From Xylographa opegraphella (taxonomy: Eukaryota), in NCBI GenBank assembly GCA_022813865.1, contig JALDZX010000003.1:372001-436000 (forward strand): a stretch of 64,000 nt of DNA, read 5' to 3'. Position 1 is the first letter of the stretch, and every line of letters begins with the position of its first letter. Positions 14,005 to 26,828 of this stretch are shown here, piece after piece. Under the pieces are notes generated by a model that searched no databases, was not told the DNA's origin, and saw nothing but the letters and a program-made list of their open reading frames with translations. Made by a program: the position numbers and the translations under genes.

Positions 14005-14538
14005 TTGAATCCCGATGCCTTTCTAATCATTGAAGCTAGGATAGACTAGGACTAGAGTTCGAAGAGGAATGGTGACGCCAGCTTGATGTCCGACTTCTCC
14101 AGAGTCAGATGAAACTTTATTGATGCACAAATGAAGACAGGTTCTTGATTCTCATATCTTGCTACCATTACTACTGTAAAGGAATTCGTAGGAAGTCCGC
14201 AGCAGCCTAGTTAAATAGGCAAAAGGGTAGGCAAAAGGATTGGATCGGGGTCGCAGCTAGGTCAAGTCTTTTCTGAATAAGGTCACTATACGTCCGACAG
14301 AGAGTGAAAAGAAGAAAAAACGAATTAGCTGCCGTTGTGGCTCTGCTGCTCTATCGCTATATGTAGATGCGTGAGGAAGGAAGCTCCAAATCAAAAAGCG
14401 CCCAAAAGACCCGCCCCGAATCCACCACACTACCAGTGCCGACGCTCATGATATGAAACAAGATAAATCTAGAACTCGATATGTCCTCTACTAAGTTATA
14501 CTACCAAGCCACATTGCCCAATGCCCGAATCCTAGCCA

Positions 14539-16708
14539 TCAAACACCGAAAGGTGCCCCGCCCCAGTCGCCCATCAGCTGCTGCCACGTGGCGTCGTCCA
14601 TATCCTGCAGCAGCCCACCCGCCAGTAACTCATCGACCAACAATGCATCGTCCTCCCGGACCAGCATTCCGGTCGGTTGCATCGCCGGTGTCGATCCATT
14701 CATCAACCTTGCTCCCGATGGTAGCTTTGTCTCATACCAAGCCTTGACCCAGCGTATCTTGCGCGCCCAACGGCTGAACAGGCCATTTTCCTCGATCGGC
14801 ATGCCATCGACCGTGACTGTCTTCTCTGCCTGTTCGAAGCGCACGGCAGCTTGGTTGAGGATTTCGAGTAGATCCAGCGTTTGCTGGGTAAAGGGCGTAT
14901 CCCAAAAGTCTTCTTGGAGGAAGGTGAGCTTGGAAAGCACGATGACTGCGTAGGCGAACTGGGTCCACTCGAAGAGGGGCAGGCTGTAGTAGTTGTGGGT
15001 GGGGATGGCATTATATACCTCGAAGAAGGATTTCAGCGCGGTCAGGCACGCGTAAATTATTTCCAGGCGGCTCAGCACGTGAGCACCGTAGGCTGCATTG
15101 TGAGTTTCACTTAAGCCGATTTCGTATAGGTGGATTTCTACAATGTGGTAGTGTAGACTGAGTGACGCTGCAGGAGAGGCATTGATAAGCATGCCGTATT
15201 CTTGTTATCTGGATATCCTGGCTAGAACTTACTGCTTCCACAAAGGTTCAGAAGGGTGCTTTGCACGCTCTGGAGCTCTGCCAGGAACGACTTGATGCAG
15301 AGCCCGATCGGGGGCGTGGGACTCTTTGGGTCCCTCGATTCGTCGAATGGCAGGCTCTGACCGATGCCCTCGATGATGTGTTGCAGCCTTACTTGCGCAA
15401 CAAGGCCGATGTCACTTTGATGCTCGCCAGCTCCAAGCAGGACCTGGGCGCAGTCTTCAGTATATGATGTGTATCTAACAGCATCGGATTTTCTGAAACA
15501 TGCTGATATTCTAGCACACGATGTTAGCCCAATTTGGGGCGAATCCAATCAACAGCGGCGAACTTCCATACACCGATGTCACGTAGAAGCATCCCAGGAG
15601 CGCTCTACGCTCTTCGTTGGCAAGTTGGCGGGAAACTGCAGAGATACTTTGGATGCCATTTATCGCCGACAGCACAAAATTGTGCCTGTCAACCTTAGCT
15701 GGAGGCTGATTCAGACCTAAGTCCGAAACCAACCCTGCCGCTAGCTGGAGCACACTTGTGAATGCCGAATGGCGGAGGCTGAACTGGCATTGATACCTAT
15801 GACGGCCATACATCACTACGAGCCTCTATTGTGGCCCAAAAGAACAAGTACACGTACCATGAGGCGAGGATTAACAACCCTTGAAGAAGGTCTAGGGATT
15901 TCTCACCCTGAAGCACAATGTGGAGTGACAGATACTCCAATAATTTTCCCGCTAGTTGTCGCTGCTGTGAAAGACTTCGAAATGAAGCAGCCACAATTAT
16001 AGCCATCACAAGAACGGGCCTCTGTCGATGGAGATTCTCAACGCTTTCATCTGGCACAATGACAAAAGGGAATTGTACAGCTAAATCTTTCTTAAAAAGT
16101 CGAAGTAGTCTTTCCGCTTCCTGGAGTGGTACACCAAGGATGAAGTCTGACGAACCGAGTGCCTCAGGCACAGCGGTCTCTGTCGAGCTGGTCTTGTTGA
16201 GGGCAGGGACATATCCCCCTGAGTTCTGGCTTCGCAACGGCTCGCGAGCCTCAGATTGAGATGACTCGGGTGATAGGTAGGCATTTTGATTCGATTGCGT
16301 TGACGCGAGAAGTGTAACAATGCTATCGAGTTTACTTTCCAGTTGGGCAACACGCCTAGAATATGGAAAGAGCGGAGAAAAGTCAGTCCGGCCGGATAGG
16401 TGTCGAGGTAACTAGTGGAAAATGCGGAATGCTCAAACAAGGATCTCCATACGTTGTCTTTACAACCCTTGCTTTTCGATGGGCTGGTGCCTGTCCGATG
16501 CATTCTTTTCTTGTGCGATAACATCTTGCCTAATCAGCAATGCCAATTATTGAATATGTATGACAAAGTGAACATACCTCTCACACTTTCCGTGGCTTTC
16601 GTCCTGTCGGATGCATTTCGCTTTAGCCGTGGCACAAGCACGGCATGCTCGATTTTCCGGTTGTTTGTTACTGCTCTTAGCTGTGTTTGCGACTGAATCT
16701 TGCATCAT
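14539..16708 (-). CDS. Zn(II)2Cys6 fungal transcription factor, multi-exon
   Basis: Splicing exon 1 to exon 2 gives CRACATAKAKCIRQDESHGKCERCYRTRKEC, then RVAQLESKLDSIVTLL. Middle region has FPFV..., EKSLDLLQGLLI, DLGLN and EERRALLGCF. Confidence 0.9.
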
Positions 16709-16890
16709 TTCTTGATGTCGGAGAGCGGCGAAGGAGTTTCGAATGTAAGATGTAGGGAAGGAATTTGTGTTATTCTCCGTGTCCGATGACCCGAGCGGGA
16801 CTTAGCATAAATCCCGATCCCTAAATGCATCATTTATCATTAAACTTGTCTTCTTTTTACATTCAATAATGTTGACTAGATGATAACATC

Positions 16891-19068
16891 ATGTCGCAAT
16901 TCCATTCGAACCCTCAGATACCCGAGACGTTGGCTACTGTGCCTCCACTTCCCTTACCAAAGCCTAAAACTGAGCCTGAAATGAACTCTGCTAGAGCGGA
17001 GAATTCGCAGGATGTGCTCACAGGTTTAAGGCTTCTGCTGCTTTTCTTTGCAGTCCTGCTTGTAGCTTTCTTATGGCGCTCAGTGGATCAATCCTGGCAC
17101 AAGTATGTTCCACAGCAACAACTGTTGAAACACAAGGCAACACTCATACTTCTGTTGTCAATAGGCAACTCCAACTATTACAACAGACTTTCACTCCTTA
17201 GACGATGTCGGCTGGTATTCAGCGGCATATCTGTTTGCTAAGTGAATTATCCTGGCTCTCATCTACTATATGGAGACTAAATATTCGTCGCTTAAGTTGT
17301 TCACTTCTACCGCTATGCGGCAAAATATACGAGAACTACTCTTTGAAGGTCAGCCTAAGCTCGGCAAGCCCTTGGAAGTTCCCGCGCCATGATTTGTATC
17401 GATGAGACTGTTTTCTGACCAAATTCGATTATTCGATTCAGAACACATTCGTCGCTTTTGTGGGGCTCTTCGAACTAGGCTCCTTACTCTCGGGGACTTC
17501 TACCAGCTCGAATATGTTAATTGTTGGAAGAGCTATTGCTGGTATGGGTGGTGCCGGTATAATCAATGGTGCCATATCGATCATTACGGCTGTAGCCCCT
17601 ATACATGGAAGACCAAGTGAGGAAGTGTTTATGTCGATGTTTTTGTTCATGAAAAAGCCAAGTGTTACTCATGCTTACTGCGAATTCAGCTCTTATCGGA
17701 TTCTTGATGTCGTTTTCCGCCATTGGTGCTGTAACTGGCCCCATTCTTGGGGGTGTCATGACAGAGCGGATCTCTTGGCGATGGTGTACGTGATCGCTAC
17801 TACTCATACTTTGCGGAACGGCTTTACTGATCACATATATGGTGGTAGGTTTCTACATCAACGTAATCGGTGGGGGCGCAACTATGGTACTCATTCTACT
17901 CATTCGTATGCCGTTGCAAATGTCCAAACCTGAGGCCGAGACAAGCCTTAAAAAAACCCTTTTGGCTCTCGATCTCGTCGGTTTTGCGATTTTCGAACCA
18001 GCATGCCTTATGTTTCTCTTAGCCATCTGGTGGGGTGGGTTTACCTACCCGTGGAAGTCCCCCAATATCATCGGCCTCTTCTGTGGCTCCTTTGCCCTCA
18101 TCTGTATCTTTATTGCTTGGGAACATCATAGAGGAGACGCAGCAATGATTCCACTCAGTATATTCCGCCAGCGTGTTGTGTTCTTCAGCTGTTGCACATC
18201 CTTACTTCAAACTGGACCATTGACGATGTTGAATTACTACCTGCCTATCTGGTTCCAGGCTATCAAGGACGCGAGCCCAACCGAGAGTGGTATTATGATG
18301 TTGGCCAACGTGGTCGCACAAATTCTTTTCGCACCCATCGCAGGAATTCTTGGTAATTGTCCACTATTGACGACACAAAGTTCTTAGAGTGACTTTCAAC
18401 TGTTGGCTGACCGTGAGCAGTTTCGCGGATCGGATACTATACCTCGTTCGCGTTGTTCGGGAGCATCCTTACAGCAATCGGCACAGGACTTTAAAGCACC
18501 TTCACGCCATCAACACCTACTGCCAGCTGGATTGGGTACCAGATACTGACTGGTGCGGGACGGGGCATGGCTACACAACAGGTAGATGTTAATCGCTTCT
18601 TGGATTATCTTCTTTCAGATGGCTAATATATTCTGATGTAGCCTATAACAGCAACCCAGGCAAACCTCCCCCCGCTCAGGCCAATATCGGATCTGCTATT
18701 GTCCTTTTCTTTCAATATCTCGACGCTACGCTCTTTATTAAGTTCGCGCAGACCGTTTTTATCAGTCGTCTTCGCCCTAGTTTGTCTGAGTTTGCACCTT
18801 CAGTTGACGCTTCCGACGTGATTCGTGTTGGCGCAACAAAATTACGGCAGGCTTTTTCAGGTACTGAGCTGGCGGGAGTCATCCTGGCATACAATCAGGC
18901 ACTGACACAGACCTTCGTAAGCCTTCTCAACGAGTTTATCCTATAAACTTTATACTCATCTATCATCAGTATCTGGCCACTGCAGGTGGTGCTGTTGCAT
19001 TCCTGACTAGCTGGGGTCTTGGTTGGAAAAGTGTGAAGAAAAGCCAGCCATCAGTCGCTGGAGCGTGA
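16891..19068 (+). pseudogene. DHA2-type (AflT/GliA-like) MFS efflux pump, disrupted as assembled
   Basis: Exons encode [64 protein letters not shown] and WIGYQIL. Lesions: 1-nt frameshift near 17071, in-frame TAA at 18492-18494, 1-nt frameshift in the C-run at about 18668-18673. Confidence 0.75.
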
Positions 19069-20717
19069 CCAAAGTTCGAACGGCACAAGCACCTCAGCCA
19101 CAGACTGTCAACTTAGCAAATTCAGGAGAGTGGTTTATTAAGGGCTTCTGTATACTCGATGAGAGACCAATCCGTCATTCGTTGCTCGCTGCCTACGTGG
19201 TCTCACGACATGGTTCATATGAAGTACAGATTATGCCTGTTCTGCATTGTATTATAGAGTCTATGATCAACCGAGACGCGAGTCACTACATACGGGAGAG
19301 GCAAGCCATGGCAACAAAATAGAAGAAGATTTAAGCGATCTCACACGTTCCACAGCGTGCAGTGCAATCATTATGTTTTCAGAAGCGTATCCCGTAGAAG
19401 CGGTAAAGTCTGTATTGATAAATCTGGAAGCTGCTGTCCTAGACATCAACGAAGAACAACTGTCTATCATGCTGCGGACCCACTCTGGACGGGTCGTTGT
19501 TCTCATCCACCATCAAGTTTATTACCTTCTTCATACGTTCCTTTCTATGCTTCACAAGACGTTAAACTAACTAGATAGTAAGTACTCCATGAGTAGTGAA
19601 ACTTAGCATAGTCCTACCATTAACTGGAGACTTCCGAAGAAACATTTCCCGCCGCGGGCTTGGCCTTCGTCATACCAATAATTCTCAAATGTCATCCTAT
19701 CCTGAGATAGAGAGCCAGCAAAGGTGTCTGCAACAAATCCAAAGTAGCTTTGTCTTGCTAATCGAAGCCGGTTCATCCTCTGCTGGTAGCATACCCTGAT
19801 CTTCATGGTACACTCGACGACTAGGAATCAATAATGGTACTGTACGTTAAGCTTCCAGTGATGAGCATATCCCTATTGGAGTTCCTGACAGTTCGACTTC
19901 CATATGACATCTCGATGTGTCATGATGAGATTACGAACTCCAGCGATGGCCGAAACTAATATCTCGGCGAACCAAAACACAGAATGGTCCACTGACTCAA
20001 GTGGACACATCATGCCCTTGACAAGGGCGGGGTCGTAGACCTGATAGTATAGCCCAAATACGTGATACCCTGTTAAATTAGAGACAACAGACTAGTAGAA
20101 CTACGCTTCAAGGACGTTACACCGATTTAGGATGTACGTGTAACTCGAGTAAGCCACTGAAACAGCGATCATGCATTATTTTGTACATCAATCGATTCAA
20201 CTATAAACGGAGCTGCAAAAGACAATATCGAGTAATGCTTCAGCGGATTTCGAGTCTGGTGTGAACCACAGTGTATAACGCTATAGATTTGCATTCTCAA
20301 GGAAGGAATCAGTGCACATTACAGACAGAAACCAATGGACTCTCGATATTTTCAGATCTATTTGATCGTGGGTCAGAAAGCTGAGGGTTTTTGGAACAAT
20401 ACTCCGTATAGCTCTAGAATACGGAGCTAGGCTTCGGAGCGGATGATCTTCGGTTTGCGGGGAAGATGGAAATGCTTCCGCCTCACGACATCTCTTAATA
20501 CAACACCATGCTGAAGTAACAGTGCCGTATGATTGGACTCGGAGCTTCCACTCGATAGGCCGAAATCATCCTTAAGAGTCGGATCTAAGGCCCGTCAGCC
20601 GTCGATGTCGTAGCAAGGCTTGATGTATATATACTAGGATTCCATGTGCTTCACTCATACAATATAGGATAGATATCATACCTTGTGCTTCCACTTCTAT
20701 GAGTAATACACGTCACA

Positions 20718-22193
20718 ATGGCCACCGACTCCATCGAAGTCGCTCGAACCCCACAAGAAAACGCTCCGTCTGGGAGTATACGTGACGTAGAGCTGCGTAC
20801 ACTTGATGTCGACCCACAACTGGAATACCCAACATCAGAAATCCTTCAAAATGCCTTTTCAGCCGAAGGACCTGCACAATTGACTCGCGGAGTCAAGGTC
20901 AAGCTTCTCGCCGCCGGTTTTTCATTTTTCTTTGCAGGCACGAATGATGGTAGTCTGGGGCCCTTGATCCCTTACATGCTGACCACTTACAATATCAGCA
21001 CGACCTTAATTGCAGTGATGTATGTATCATTTGCTCTTTAGAGTCTCCTGCTACGAATTGACGATATGCAGCTACGCGGCGTCTTTTGCTGGCTGGCTTA
21101 CCTGTGCCATTACAAACAGCCACCTTCTCCGCTACCTCGATACTGGCGCAATTCTGGTCATCGGCGCTGCCCTGCAGCTTCTTGCCCATGTACTCCGTCC
21201 TTGGGGACCCCCATTCCCTCTTTTTGCAGTATCGTTTTTTGTCGCTTCTCTGGGCATTGCATTCCAAGACTCTCACTCCAACACGTTTGTAAGCACAGTC
21301 AAGGGCGCGCACAGATGGCTGGGCTTCATTCATGCCATGTATGCACTTGGACTTTTGGTTTCTCCATTCGCGGCGACGGCTGTTGCGTCAAGTACGCCGA
21401 ATTGGAGATTGTTCTATCTGTGCCTGATGGGATTAGGGATTGCAAATACAACGTTTGTGGCAGTGGCATTCAGGGACTCTCTGCGCGTCTTGCCCCAGCA
21501 GGCCGAGGAGTCTGCAGATGTGGTCAGATCCGGAAGAAACAAGGCGGCGATGAGCAGTATAATCGAGACGTTCAAGTTGTCTGGGGTCTGGCTGCTGAGT
21601 ATGTTTTTCTTTTTCTACTTGGGTGTTGGTATAACTGCTGGAGGTATGTCGCTCCTGTATTCCATAATATTAAGAATGAGGATTACTGAAATTGTACTCT
21701 AGGTTGGGTGGTTGAGTATCTTGTCACTATCCGCAACGCTCCTCTGCCATCGACCGGCTACGTCCCAGCCGGTCTTTACGGCGGGATGTTTCTTGGCCGT
21801 CTCCTCCTCGCCGAACCAACCCACCGGTGGGGTGAGCGACGTATGTTGATGCTCTATATTGTCATCGTCTTCGCTCTACAACTAGTCTTCTGGCTAGTCC
21901 CGGATATAATTGCCAGTGCTACAGTGCTCAGCTTTATGGGTTTCTTTTTCGGGCCGTTCTTCGCCACGGGAGTCAGTATTGGCTCGAAAATGTTTCCCAA
22001 AAAGATCCAGCCTACTGCCTTGGGACTGGTCTTTGTTCTCGCACAGGCAGGGGGTTCCCTATTTCCGTCTCTCACCGGGCTTATAGCTGGGAGAGTGGGC
22101 GTGCAGGTTTTGCAGCCAATACTGGTCGGGCTTATCGTTGCCATGGGAATCAGCTGGATTCTGGTTCCCAAGGTTTCTGATCGCAGCGAATGA
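20718..22193 (+). CDS. MFS transporter, Bsc6/TsgA-like, 3 exons
   Basis: Motifs GFSFFFAGTNDGSLGPLIPY, FQDSHSNTFV, HRWLGFIHAMYALG and LFPSLTGLIA; multiple hydrophobic helices; frames intact. Confidence 0.88.
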
Positions 22194-23646
22194 AACAATG
22201 CATTGGCGTTGGTTCTCCGTGTGCGCTCTGAATGATGAAGACCGGAACAAGACACAGAATTTTGCAAGTGTTGAATTCATGCTAGGGTCTGATATGGTTT
22301 CTCAATTTCAAAGGACTCTCTCTAAGGAATCTTCCCACATCAGCAGCCACAAACTCTCACGACAGAACACAGCCGCCTGTGCTAAATTTGGTTGCTTGAT
22401 CACGGCGACCATGAAACGTAACCAGGCAGATTCGAAGCATAAGAGGGACACGTAGCGATCGACGCAATAGCTAGGCGCCTTGAATTAGCTATTCGTGAAG
22501 TCAACGATCCTTACAAGGAATGAGAGTCACCTCTCACTATCAGAAAAAGTGGACCAGACGAAAATCTTAAGCTGATTCAGAGGTTTCTTCACAATCGAGC
22601 CGAAGGTCAGATTCTGCTGTTGAGTCTGCAACCAATATGATCTCGGAACCTTCCAGCAAGGTTCGGCGGATATACCATCTGCATTCTGGAAGTTTTGTAT
22701 TCGGGGTCTCTGTGAAAGCACATTTTATGATCGATGTCAAGATTGCGCTTCATTCATTCACGCGTCTGCATATCTAGGAAGAAGCGCTTGCTGAATGGTA
22801 CTTTGGAGAAATGTCCCATCGACACTGTCAGCTGGTGAACATATGAGGAGGCTACGGTCGCACCAGGATCGTACGCAGCTACGACCTCGGCCTCTGCAGC
22901 TCGGAGCCATATGGCACCCTACTCGAGTTGTTCCGCTCTATGACAGCAGTCTCTGACGATATCATCTGCTTTTGGTCGCCTTCCTCCGCGTCCGGATCAG
23001 GACCCCCGAAGTCATATTCTAAAGTTTTTGTCATTTCTGATTTCTTATTCAAGGAAGAGAACTCTTCTGTAACCGCGACACAATCGACTTTTCTTCAACG
23101 GCCGATAGGAGGCCGACATCTTGCAAGCTCACCTCGCCAGCTTTTCCGAAAGTCTTAGTCTTGCTACCGTCGACGTATGGCCATTACAGGTGGCGTGGCC
23201 TGCGAATTCTGGTCGCTTTTGAGGTGCGGAGTACCTGCCAATAGTCTTAGAATACTCACTCATATCCCTATGGACTCGACTTTGACATGGCTTAGACCTC
23301 GATAGCAAATAGTGAATCCGTCTAAAGGCCTGGATGATGAGTGTCCTTAAAAAGTCGTCCATCTTGAAGGGGTTCTCTCCATACTTTGAGAATTTGCGGT
23401 AAACATCATGTATGCAAAGTAGGCTGACTGTTTGAGACGATGGTTATCCTCCATATTTACGCTATGTATGAAGCGAGTGTTACACGAATGTTACTGTAAT
23501 CATTATACTCGCATCGAGAGCCACAGATATGATACAAGCCAAAGCCTGGCTACCTTCCTCACGTGCTTAGTCCCATGTCCATCCAATACCACATATTCAG
23601 AAGCCCGTCATGATACAGAAGAAAAAAATAGCATAACCCAAGTTCT

Positions 23647-26548
23647 CTACGCCGCCACAACTGTGGCCCGCCCAGCTCTGGGCATGCCATTTCTCCCACC
23701 CTGTCGTCCTTGTCTCTGGGAGCCTGGTCTTGCCAATGTATACCTAGAAAGATCATGAGCATGTCGTGGGAATTAAAAAATAGCGGGAACTCACTTTGCA
23801 AAAGCCCTGGCCAGTGCTTTCTTGCAGCTGACTTTCTGGCTGCCTACGAAACTGTCGACAGTCACTGCAATGGCTCGATCGATATCTACTGATGTGCAGT
23901 ATTCTGATAGCCTCATTTTACAGAACGCCTCGCTTATGCGCATGATAGCTTCCAGGTGACGAACCTACATAAAGCAATTAGCATGAAGACTTTGCTGTTG
24001 TTGTGAAGTATCTTACCGTGATTGGATATGCACCAGTTGCCAGACTCTCCCTTCTCATATCGGCGAACAGGCGTGCCACCTTATCTTGGTCGATTTGATA
24101 GAGCTTAGGAACGCACTTCTCTCTCGCGTAGAGAATATATTTCCTCAGAAGCTCTTGGGGTATTTCTCCTTCCTGCTTCGGCTCTCCGCCGTTGATCTGT
24201 TGATCGCGGATTTCTTCGTTATGCTCTACCTCCATTGCATTTTGGTTTGCGTCGGTCGAATTGGCCGAAGGATGTGCACGTCCATGGGAATTGACCACAA
24301 ATTTTGCAAGGCGTTCATCTTCGGCCGGATCAACAGTGTCACGGACGACACAAAGAATATCGAAACGAGACAGAATGGGCTCTGTGAGCTCGACATTCTG
24401 CGAGAAAGGAATTGTGCTGTTGTACCTGCCTCCTATTGGATTAGCAGCGGCTACAATCGCGCATCGAGCCTGCAAAGTTGTGACAATTCCAGCTTTTGAA
24501 ATTGAAATAGTTTGCTGTTCCATTGCTTCATGAATTGAAGTTCGATCTTGATCGTTCATCTTGTCGAATTCGTCGATGAGACAAGTACCGCGATCAGCAA
24601 GGACCAAAGCACCACCCTCTAGTGTCCATTCACTTGTTATAGGATCGCGCCGCACGCTGGCTGTCAATCCGACAGCACTGGCGCCCTGACCGGTCGCGAA
24701 AACTGCGCGGTGAGCTGTTTTCTCAATGTATTTCAGGACTTGTGACTTTGCTGTACCAGGATCACCTAGCAAAAGGATGTTGATATCTCCACGTATCTTG
24801 TGCATGCCCTGGGCCTCCTTACTCACTCCGCCAAACAAAGATAGCGCCACCGCTGTTTTGACGTCAGTGTGTCCATAGATACTGGGAGCAATTGACGCGA
24901 TGATCTTGTCCACTATCTGCGGATCTTTAGACAATGTCCGAATGTCTCGTTCATCTTCGTCTGTCAGACGGAAGCCCGCCAACTGATCGTGTGACTTGAC
25001 AACGTGATTCGCTTCCAGTATTGTCGCGAATACAGGGAACCCGTTCCGGTTATTCAACTGAGCGTCATAATTGTTCCGGTAGATGCCTGTAACCTCTATC
25101 TCTTCTCCTGGCTTCGCCTTGTCAATCAAGTCCCATAGCAAGATTACCTCTCGGTGGCGTGGCAGCCGACCAGCAGGTACTGTTCCAGGTGATTCTTGTA
25201 GTGTCAATTTCTGGTAGTTGCGGTAAACGGTCTTCTCGGAGTTCAGTGTAAAAGGTCCCCGAGATTGACAATTCGAACAGTAAGAGATTTTCACTTCCAC
25301 ATTAGACTCTTGAGGAAAGGGTCCCAAGGTGACTCCGCACTTGGTACAGTCAAATCGAACGTGCTTCAGTTGTGGGAAGACGCCTGTTCTTCGTGTCACA
25401 ACACCACTTACTCGAACAAGACAATTGAGATGCGTTTGGCGAAGTTGTCGAAGAGTATAGTGTACAGGCAAATCAGAAATTCGCACGTGGATCTCAGAGT
25501 GAATTCTGGTGTAATCCGGGTAGTGGAGCAAAGTGACATCCATTGCAACCTTGTCGAAGATATCGAGCACTTCTGCAGGTGCGTTTGCGAGAAAATATGC
25601 CAATATGGCCTTTGACGCGGAAAGATGGTCATAGGATACCTCCAGTGACTCAGCATTGACCTCTCCCAAGGTGCGTACTCTCGTGCCGTACACAGATGTT
25701 CCGTGTTCATCGGTATATTCGGTAAGGAACGATTTGAACTCTCTGAAAATCGTACGGTACACCGCCGGTTGTGCAACCCAATCAGTTAAGCTTGATGCTT
25801 TGACATCCTGAAGAGTCTCGAGGGAAAGCTCTTCCTCCATAATGTCCTCATCCATGTCCTGATCTTCTTGTTCCTCATCATAATGATGTCTTCTTCTTCT
25901 CGGCTGTCTGGTTAGATCAACCTCCGCATCTTCATCCTCGTCCTGCAGGAAAGCAGCGGGCATACGGCGCCGTCGTGCAAGTTCTCTATCACGCTTATTC
26001 AAGCGAGATTCAAGTTGCCTGCGTGTTGCCAGGTCAAGATCTTCGTAGTCACCTTCATCGTCAATGTCGGCACCTTGATACGCGTCGTTCTCCCTTGCTT
26101 TGTAGTCCCTTTCGAAATTATCTGCGAACAAATCAATACCGTCCTCATCTTCGGCCATTTCATCGGCATCGTCGATATCGCCCATAATTTCGTTATCGGG
26201 GTCCAGGTCATCGTCTTGCTCATCATCGAGAGGAAGAATTGGTGGTGAAGAAGGTGGAGCTGGAAAATCTTAGTCCATTTGCTTTGACCGCTTGACGAAA
26301 CTTACGGCTTGATGGTGGAGCAGCTGAAGAGGAAGGTAGGTCATCATCTGGCTCCCTTGAGCGCTTTCGCCGATTTGGATTGACAATGCCACGATTAGCA
26401 GCAGCCATATTCGGTCGAAGTGGTGAACTGGTGTTTGGCCAGATTAGTAAAATCAGTCTTGTTGGGGCTTCATGCTCTTAAAATTCGAAAGCCATGATTT
26501 GAAAGGTTCGTGAAATACAGAGGTCCAACAGGTCAAATCTTACCTCAT
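23647..26548 (-). CDS. mcm2: DNA replication licensing factor Mcm2, multi-exon
   Basis: Acidic histone-binding N-terminus, C4 zinc finger, Walker [20 protein letters not shown] arginine finger and VRHLEAIMR. Micro first exon ATGAG at 26548. Confidence 0.97.
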
Positions 26549-26648
26549 TGTAGCATATGAGAATTAATCAGATCGTCTACCGCGTAGATTTGGCGCTGTC
26601 GTTGTATGTTAAGAACGACGGATGGGGTGGGACAAAAACCACTTAAGA

Positions 26649-26672
26649 ACGCGTCGCGACTCGGCCACGCGT
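26649..26672. promoter_or_regulatory. Paired MCB elements (ACGCGT at 26649-26654 and 26667-26672) in the mcm2/ubr7 divergent promoter
   Basis: Two exact ACGCGT sites plus an adjacent CGCGA, about 100 bp upstream of the mcm2 ATG. Confidence 0.7.
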
Positions 26673-26828
26673 GGAAGACCACTTAGCATAGGGCTGAATC
26701 GGGCCATTTCCAGTTGATGCTCGAGCAATCTCGTACAGTGCTTCCAAGTGTCTGTTATATTAATGAGAAGCATTCTTTCTGTTGTGCTTTGTGTCTAACC
26801 TCCATTCGAAGCATAATATTGGAAAGCG

